Of a stretch of DNA of 64,000 bases, positions 54,201-64,000 are shown piece by piece. The position numbers and the translations under genes were made by a program. The notes under the pieces are model-generated. The model saw only the letters and a list, made by a program, of their open reading frames with translations. It was not told where the DNA came from and made no database searches. Position 1 is the first letter of the stretch. Each line of letters opens with the position of its first letter. The DNA comes from Eledone cirrhosa. Lineage: Eukaryota. Location: assembly GCA_964016885.1 (NCBI GenBank), contig OZ024765.1, positions 18,414,001 through 18,478,000 of the forward strand. Direction: 5' to 3'.

Positions 54201-57200
54201 AATTCTATATCCAGAGTTATATACACCCCTTCATCACATATTATATTATTTCCACCAATAACTACATTATATCCTTAAATATGACACCAAGACATATAAT
54301 TTGTAAATAAAAGATGAAATATTAAAACCTCAATTTTTAAATAATTTTACCCCTCCTTTGTGTTCTCAGTGTTTAGATTAACCCATAATTTTATGATTTT
54401 GGAGCATATAACTTATAGTACCAGTCATGTACTGGGATCAATTTAACGGATTGGTTCCTCCCCGCAAATTACTTGACTTTTGCCTAAGTAAGACATACTC
54501 ACAGAATGTATCGATGTATATGTATGAATGTATATATATATTAGTATATTTTATGTTTACAATAAAAATAGACAAACAATTTAATGATAATATGAAATGA
54601 AATTATTATTATTTATTAATAATATTTTTATTGTTTTCACTGCATTAACTTCTGAGTGTGACTTTGTTTTTCTTACTATTTTCTACTGTAAATGGCGGCT
54701 TAATTGGATTATTACTAAGGTTTACTGGATTGTGGTGTTTCTTTATTGTTTTATATTTCAATCAGTGGACATCAGGATAGCTTTCTATATACCTGGGATA
54801 AATGTAAAGAGTACTGACTTTCATCTGCAGTTCAATGGTGATGTCTTCTTATATTTTCATTTACTTCTGCAATACTGTATATTGTAGTCTTTTCATTATT
54901 TTAAATATTTCTATCATGTCACTCGTTTGATATATCTCCCCGAAAGATATAGTTATTCAGAGCTTTACATTGGAATAGTGTACTACTATTTAAATATTAG
55001 TCCTTTAAATATATATTTCTATCATGCCCCCCCCCCCCACCCTCTTAGATTTATCTCCTCTAAATTTGCAATCCCTAAAGTTTAACATCTTTCTTCAGAA
55101 GACAGATTTCTTAATAATTCTGGTGTTTTCTGTTTTGTTCTTTTCTGGATTCCTTCAATAGCTTCTCCGTATTTTCTGAAGTCGTCTGACCATGCCCCAA
55201 AACAATATTCTAGGTCGTATCACACATATCATTCAACTAGTGTTTTAGACCTCTCGACATTTAGCTAGGCAAAGGAATGTTTTATTATTTCTATCATCTG
55301 AATTCCTTTTTTTTCTTCAACATGTTTAGCCATCTTTAAAATCATATTCATACATATTCACAATTCCTCGTGGAGGGGTATAAGAGACATGTATAAATAT
55401 AGCTGCATATTACTACAAAATAACTTGAACCATATCGCGAAACATTTTGTAAAGTATCTCTGTAATTATTCTCATTTCGATTTTCTGTAGAATGTATTGA
55501 CGTTTAAGATAGAGACAATTGCCCTTCTTCTAATAATCTCTTTGTCCATTCCATGTTTTAGTCTCACAAAATATTGTTAATGCAAGATTTTGCTCTAATG
55601 TAATAAATGTTACTTTTAAAAGAGCGAAGTTCTCAATTTTCTTCTTTCTCTTGTATATTGATATCTAAAGGATGACAAATGTATGAATTATGTGATAGGG
55701 AGGAAAAAAGCCACGACCTTCTTCTCTCGTTACAGAATGCTAACTGACAACGTCTTTCGCAGGAGTGACTAGTACTACTGTCTTTTATATACCGTGACAA
55801 CTGGAAAGACGTGACAAATAAGGATACACTCTGCTCTCCTTATCAACATTGTCCGAGTCTGAGGACCTTTCCTCCCTGGTTAAGGAGTGAGATAAAATAT
55901 TAGGGATCAATCTCTAGCAATAATTTCATTAAATCATATTTAACCAGAGACTGTTATGTTGTGGTTGTTGCTATATTTTATAGTCGTGGTTTCAATGTTT
56001 AACAGTGGTTGTAGAATTAGCTTTATCTAATTATTATCAAACAAAACAGATTTATATATTGTCGCCGTTGTACGTTAAAATCACATATATATTTATATAC
56101 ACACTAAGGATGGAGGGACGACGGAATTGAAAACCATTATTGCTGAGTACATCACGGCAAGATCTAATACACACACACACACACACACTCTCCCGTATAT
56201 ATTTAATAATCAGCTATGACCATGAAAAAGGTCCCTGTAGATCATCTGGTTGTAGGATCTAATGAACCCGAAAGAAAGTGAAAATATATTTTATGAAAGC
56301 CCCAGAAGAAGAAATGTAAACATTGACCCGATTATAGTAGAAATAAGAATGAGAAAGCCATGAACGCCAGCACATCTATTTTGCTTGGAAATTAAAAGTA
56401 GGTTTATAAATATTAATTTTTTCTTATGTTCTTGTATCTGTTTGGTAGGTGTTAGAGACTATGTAGACACTGATGTGGTGTTCAATCTCAGTCCGAATCT
56501 GTACTATATATTTTTAAATTTAAATTTTTCTCTAGTAAAGTAAAAAATGAAATTATTATCTATAGACTTTGACTGAAATCGAAACCCAGAGCAGATTCTT
56601 CACCGTCTCTAATACCTACAATTAGGCCACGGAGACAGATATAAAAACAGTGTGAAAATTAATATTTATAAAGTTACTTTTTTATTTTTGTTTTATACTA
56701 TAAAAAATATAATACGACACACTGCCAGTGATTGAACCCAGGACATGAACATCCACCGGCTCTTATACTTACCACTAGGCTAAAGGGACGATTACAGAAA
56801 CTTACTTAAAAATTGATATTTATAAACCTACTTTTTCATTACTAGAAAAAACCGGAAGTGGAGAAAATTGAAAAACATCTTCTTTTTCTTCCTCTGATTT
56901 TTTTTTATCCAAAATTTGGATTTAAGTCAGAGACGAGTTATCGTTCGTGGCAAAAATCAGAGGAAGAAAAAGAAGAAGTTTTTCAATTTTCTCCACTTCC
57001 GGTTTTTTCTAGTATAGGTAAGTAAATATTAATTTTCAAAAAATTTTTGTAACCGTCCCTGTGGCCTAATGGTAAGCACTAGAGACGGTGGAGATCCTGA
57101 TTTAGGGTTCGATTTCCGTTAGGTTTTATACTATTAACTGCGTATTTGTTTCTTTTATTTAAGTAAGATTTGAACTAATAATGCTGTACTTTGTAGTAAT

Positions 57201-60200
57201 GTCCCATATTATATTCAACATATTTTAATTAAAATTTATTTTTTTTATAAAAGAAAGAACAAAAAACCTTATTGAAATTAAGAAATGAATTTTATTCAGT
57301 AAAGTTGTTTTTATTTTGTTTTCACTTCATTAACTGCTGAATACGTCTTTTGTTTTTGTTTTTGATTCTTTCTAACCATTGTTTACTGTGAATGGTGACT
57401 GCAACGAACCTGGATTATTACCAAGTTTCACTGGATGATTGTATTATTTTGTTGTCAGTGGACATCTGGACATCTATCTAAATACCTGGAATAAACACAA
57501 GGTGTATGTTTTACGTAACATTTCATTTTAATGTCTGATGTTCCTGTATTTCACATTTAAAATGTAACCAAAAATAAACAAGACAGGGACGCTACATCAA
57601 AATAAACCACACAGACGAGGTACGAATAATCTAAAATTAATTTTAACAAACTATAAACGATGTTTAAAGAGAGACGAACATTAAAATAGGATTTCAAACA
57701 AACACGTAAACACAAAGACAATTACAGCCGCCATAATCTAATATCTGAAGATCAACATTTTTCACGATAGAAATAAAACTAAATATGTAAAGTTTAGTGG
57801 CCCCTGATTTACTTGCTTTTAATTTCATTTTGATAATCTGTATTCTGTAGACATATATTTATGATTTTAATGATGAAATTTCCTCTTGTCTTTAAAAGAT
57901 TATTACTTATAAAAATTATAATAGTCACCTCCTCCTCTCGATTAATATGTAGCTTACCCACAGGGGTTCCTCAACTGGGCGGTTTCAACTGTTGGGTGCG
58001 CGATGAGCAGCTGAACAGAAAATTGAGGGCCATTGGAAACTTTGGTGGCCGATATAGAATTTTGAGATTTAAGAAGGTATGCTACCCGAAAACCTATTCA
58101 AGGAATATATGTAAAGAACCTGAATAAAAATCAGGAAGCTAATTGGGAAAATTAAACCAGGAACAAACATTTACGAAACATATTTGGTATACTTTGAAAT
58201 ATTTACTATACAGGTGACTGGTGGAACATTTTTTCATGTGAATGTGGGAAATGACGCCAAAATATTTGGCAACCCTTGGCTCACAACTTACTAAATGTTC
58301 TGGAGACAAGCCTCTTCGCTATATATCATAGTTCTTCAATCCTTCATCTTCCACAGTTGGTGAAGTATTTCGATTTGATATGACGATCGCAGAGTTAGAT
58401 TTAGAACGTGGTGGCGTTCATGGGTTTCTTAGTGTTGTTACTAGAAAGGGTCGACTCTGTCTTTCACACTTCAGGTTTTTTCATGAATTAAATATCCATT
58501 TTCTTTCTGATCGGTCTAACAATGATTTGAACCTACAATGACTCCGTCTGTAATAATGTTCTCTTATTTGAAATATGCCATACCTAACTCCCGTGTCTGT
58601 GTGTGTGAAAAATATTCCAACTTAGAGCGACGTGCCCGTAAATTGTTTAGCCTGATTCCTATATATTGATAATGTGTAATATTTGAACCTTCATGGAGGG
58701 TCTTTGCCGTAATTTCCCGTAACTCCGACTAGAAGTCATTATGTAGTTTTTTCGTCCGTTAAAAATAATGATTAAAACAATTCTATATCCAGAGTTATAT
58801 ACACCCCTTCATCACATATTATATTATTTCCACCAATAACTACATTATATCCTTAAATATGACACCAAGACATATAATTTGTAAATAAAAGATGAAATAT
58901 TAAAACCTCAATTTTTAAATAATTTTACCCCTCCTTTGTGTTCTCAGTGTTTAGATTAACCCATAATTTTATGATTTTGGAGCATATAACTTATAGTACC
59001 AGTCATGTACTGGGATCAATTTAACGGATTGGTTCCTCCCCGCAAATTACTTGACTTTTGCCTAAGTAAGACATACTCACAGAATGTATCGATGTATATG
59101 TATGAATGTATATATATATTAGTATATTTTATGTTTACAATAAAAATAGACAAACAATTTAATGATAATATGAAATGAAATTATTATTATTTATTAATAA
59201 TATTTTTATTGTTTTCACTGCATTAACTTCTGAGTGTGACTTTGTTTTTCTTACTATTTTCTACTGTAAATGGCGGCTTAATTGGATTATTACTAAGGTT
59301 TACTGGATTGTGGTGTTTCTTTATTGTTTTATATTTCAATCAGTGGACATCAGGATAGCTTTCTATATACCTGGGATAAATGTAAAGAGTACTGACTTTC
59401 ATCTGCAGTTCAATGGTGATGTCTTCTTATATTTTCATTTACTTCTGCAATACTGTATATTGTAGTCTTTTCATTATTTTAAATATTTCTATCATGTCAC
59501 TCGTTTGATATATCTCCCCGAAAGATATAGTTATTCAGAGCTTTACATTGGAATAGTGTACTACTATTTAAATATTAGTCCTTTAAATATATATTTCTAT
59601 CATGTCCCCCCCCCCACCCCCACCCTCTTAGGTTTATCTCCTCTAAATTTGCAATCCCTAAAGTTTAACATCTTTCTTCAGAAGACAGATTTCTTAATAA
59701 TTCTGGTGTTTTCTGTTTTGTTCTTTTCTGGATTCCTTCAATAGCTTCTCCGTATTTTCTGAAGTCGTCTGACCATGCCCCAAAACAATATTCTAGGTCG
59801 TATCACACATATCATTCAACTAGTGTTTTAGACCTCTCGACATTTAGCTAGGCAAAGGAATGTTTTATTATTCCTATCATCTGAATTCCTTTTTTTTCTT
59901 CAACATGTTTAGCCATCTTTAAAATCATATTCATACATATTCACAATTCCTCGTGGAGGGGTATAAGAGACATGTATAAATATAGCTGCATATTACTACA
60001 AAATAACTTGAACCATATCGCGAAACATTTTGTAAAGTATCTCTGTAATTATTCTCATTTCGATTTTCTGTAGAATGTATTGACGTTTAAGATAGAGACA
60101 ATTGCCCTTCTTCTAATAATCTCTTTGTCCATTCCATGTTTTAGTCTCACAAAATATTGTTAATGCAAGATTTTGCTCTAATGTAATAAATGTTACTTTT

Positions 60201-63200
60201 AAAAGAGCGAAGTTCTCAATTTTCTTCTTTCTCTTGTATATTGATATCTAAAGGATGACAAATGTATGAATTATGTGATAGGGAGGAAAAAAGCCACGAC
60301 CTTCTTCTCTCGTTACAGAATGCTAACTGACAACGTCTTTCGCAGGAGTGACTAGTACTACTGCCTTTTATATACCGTGACAACTGGAAAGACGTGACAA
60401 ATAAGGATACACTCTGCTCTCCTTATCAACATTGTCCGAGTCTGAGGACCTTTCCTCCCTGGTTAAGGAGTGAGATAAAATATTAGGGATCAATCTCTAG
60501 CAATAATTTCATTAAATCATATTTAACCAGAGACTGTTATGTTGTGGTTGTTGCTATATTTTATAGTCGTGGTTTCAATGTTTAACAGGGGTTGTAGAAT
60601 TAGCTTTATCTAATTATTATCAAACAAAACAGATTTATATATTGTCGCCGTTGTACGTTAAAATCACATATATATTTATATACACACTAAGGATGGAGGG
60701 ACGACGGAATTGAAAACCATTATTGCTGAGTACATCACGGCAAGATCTAATACACACACACACACACACTCTCCCGTATATATTTAATAATCAGCTATGA
60801 CCATGAAGAAGGTCCCTGTAGATCATCTGGTTGTAGGATCTAATGAACCCGAAAGAAAGTGAAAATATATTTTATGAAAGCCCCAGAAGAATAAATGTAA
60901 ACATTGACCCGATTATAGTAGAAATAAGAATGAGAAAGCCATGAACGCCAGCACATCTATTTTGCTTGGAAATTAAAAGTAGGTTTATAAATATTAATTT
61001 TTTCTTATGTTCTTGTATCTGTTTGGTAGGTGTTAGAGACTATGTAGACACTGATGTGGTGTTCAATCTCAGTCCGAATCTGTACTATATATTTTTAAAT
61101 TTAAATTTTTCTCTAGTAAAGTAAAAAATGAAATTATTATCTATAGACTTTGACTGAAATCGAAACCCAGAGCAGATTCTTCACCGTCTCTAATACCTAC
61201 AATTAGGCCACGGAGACAGATATAAAAACAGTGTGAAAATTAATATTTATAAAGTTACTTTTTTATTTTTGTTTTATACTATAAAAAATATAATACGACA
61301 CACTGCCAGTGATTGAACCCAGGACATGAACATCCACCGGCTCTTATACTTACCACTAGGCTAAAGGGACGATTACAGAAACTTACTTAAAAATTGATAT
61401 TTATAAACCTACTTTTTCATTACTAGAAAAAACCGGAAGTGGAGAAAATTGAAAAACATCTTCTTTTTCTTCCTCTGATTTTTTTTTATCCAAAATTTGG
61501 ATTTAAGTCAGAGACGAGTTATCGTTCGTGGCAAAAATCAGAGGAAGAAAAAGAAGAAGTTTTTCAATTTTCTCCACTTCCGGTTTTTTCTAGTATAGGT
61601 AAGTAAATATTAATTTTCAAAAAATTTTTGTAACCGTCCCTGTGGCCTAATGGTAAGCACTAGAGACGGTGGAGATCCTGATTTAGGGTTCGATTTCCGT
61701 TAGGTTTTATACTATTAACTGCGTATTTGTTTCTTTTATTTAAGTAAGATTTGAACTAATAATGCTGTACTTTGTAGTAATGTCCCATATTATATTCAAC
61801 ATATTTTAATTAAAATTTATTTTTTTTATAAAAGAAAGAACAAAAAACCTTATTGAAATTAAGAAATGAATTTTATTCAGTAAAGTTGTTTTTATTTTGT
61901 TTTCACTTCATTAACTGCTGAATACGTCTTTTGTTTTTGTTTTTGATTCTTTCTAACCATTGTTTACTGTGAATGGTGACTGCAACGAACCTGGATTATT
62001 ACCAAGTTTCACTGGATGATTGTATTATTTTGTTGTCAGTGGACATCTGGACATCTATCTAAATACCTGGAATAAACACAAGGTGTATGTTTTACGTAAC
62101 ATTTCATTTTAATGTCTGATGTTCCTGTATTTCACATTTAAAATGTAACCAAAAATAAACAAGACAGGGACGCTACATCAAAATAAACCACACAGACGAG
62201 GTACGAATAATCTAAAATTAATTTTAACAAACTATAAACGATGTTTAAAGAGAGACGAACATTAAAATAGGATTTCAAACAAACACGTAAACACAAAGAC
62301 AATTACAGCCGCCATAATCTAATATCTGAAGATCAACATTTTTCACGATAGAAATAAAACTAAATATGTAAAGTTTAGTGGCCCCTGATTTACTTGCTTT
62401 TAATTTCATTTTGATAATCTGTATTCTGTAGACATATATTTATGATTTTAATGATGAAATTTCCTCTTGTCTTTAAAAGATTATTACTTATAAAAATTAT
62501 AATAGTCACCTCCTCCTCTCGATTAATATGTAGCTTACCCACAGGGGTTCCTCAACTGGGCGGTTTCAACTGTTGGGTGCGCGATGAGCAGCTGAACAGA
62601 AAATTGAGGGCCATTGGAAACTTTGGTGGCCGATATAGAATTTTGAGATTTAAGAAGGTATGCTACCCGAAAACCTATTCAAGGAATATATGTAAAGAAC
62701 CTGAATAAAAATCAGGAAGCTAATTGGGAAAATTAAACCAGGAACAAACATTTACGAAACATATTTGGTATACTTTGAAATATTTACTATACAGGTGACT
62801 GGTGGAACATTTTTTCATGTGAATGTGGGAAATGACGCCAAAATATTTGGCAACCCTTGGCTCACAACTTACTAAATGTTCTGGAGACAAGCCTCTTCGC
62901 TATATATCATAGTTCTTCAATCCTTCATCTTCCACAGTTGGTGAAGTATTTCGATTTGATATGACGATCGCAGAGTTAGATTTAGGACGTGGTGGCGTTC
63001 ATGGGTTTCTTAGTGTTGTTACTAGAAAGGGTCGACTCTGTCTTTCACACTTCAGGTTTTTTCATGAATTAAATATCCATTTTCTTTCTGATCGGTCTAA
63101 CAATGATTTGAACCTACAATGACTCCGTCTGTAATAATGTTCTCTTATTTGAAGTATGCCATACCTAACTCCCGTGTCTGTGTGTGTGAAAAATATTCCA

Positions 63201-64000
63201 ACTTAGAGCGACGTGCCCGTAAATTGTTTAGCCTGATTCCTATATATAGATAATGTGTAATATTTGAACCTTCATGGAGGGTCTTTGCCGTAATTTCCCG
63301 TAACTCCGACTAGAAGTCATTATGTAGTTTTTTCGTCCGTTAAAAATAATGATTAAAACAATTCTATATCCAGAGTTATATACACCCCTTCATCACATAT
63401 TATATTATTTCCACCAATAACTACATTATATCCTTAAATATGACACCAAGACATATAATTTGTAAATAAAAGATGAAATATTAAAACCTCAATTTTTAAA
63501 TAATTTTACCCCACCTTTGTGTTCTCAGTGTTTAGATTAACCCATAATTTTATGATTTTGGAGCATATAACTTATAGTACCAGTCATGTACTGGGATCAA
63601 TTTAACGGATTGGTTCCTCCCCGCAAATTACTTGACATTTGCCTAAGTAAGACATACTCACAGAATGTATCGATGTATATGTATGAATGTATATATATAT
63701 TAGTATATTTTATGTTTACAATAAAAATAGACAAACAATTTAATGATAATATGAAATGAAATTATTATTATTTATTAATAATATTTTTATTGTTTTCACT
63801 GCATTAACTTCTGAGTGTGACTTTGTTTTTCTTACTATTTTCTACTGTAAATGGCGGCTTAATTGGATTATTACTAAGGTTTACTGGATTGTGGTGTTTC
63901 TTTATTGTTTTATATTTCAATCAGTGGACATCAGGATAGCTTTCTATATACCTGGGATAAATGTAAAGAGTACTGACTTTCATCTGCAGTTCAATGGTGA

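Larger units (their letters stand above)
1..64000. repeat. Tandem macrosatellite array, unit about 4.58 kb, about 14 copies, continuing beyond both window edges
   Basis: The anchor TATAGTTATTCAGAGC recurs at 1, 4584, 9164, 13744, 18322, 22903, 27487, 32060, 36630, 41205, 45788, 50368, 54948 and 59526 (unit lengths 4570-4584). The same ORF translations recur at this period. Confidence 0.99.

Noticed and set aside
1-64000. Concatemer of a plasmid or viral circle, or a CRISPR-like array
   Set aside because: No Rep, capsid or cas ORFs and no repeat-spacer pattern. Units carry heritable, structured variants and eukaryotic TE relics.

Overview
The whole window is one tandem array (macrosatellite) of an AT-rich unit of about 4.58 kb: 13 complete copies plus a nearly complete 14th, mostly differing only by scattered SNPs and small indels. 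The array has a higher-order period of 9 units (41,204 bp): units 10-14 reproduce the private variants and lengths of units 1-5. I see no intact protein-coding gene, rRNA, true tRNA or snRNA, and the supplied + strand ORFs look incidental. The unit is a mosaic of decayed eukaryotic mobile-element pieces in both orientations. The clearest are a CR1-type LINE ORF2 3' fragment (minus strand) and a palindromic cassette of four tRNA-derived modules around a 63-bp near-perfect inverted repeat. Less certain are a Penelope-like fragment, a hAT-like MITE, a solo-LTR-like piece and a SINE that resembles, from memory, an octopus family, which suggests a cephalopod source. Each unit also carries two paralogous candidate terminal exons (YLDRCPDVH* and YIESYPDVH*). 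One segment (about 29.8-36.2 kb) is a more divergent, partly ancestral variant of the unit. Sub-unit features are listed once, at their first complete occurrence; they recur in every unit.
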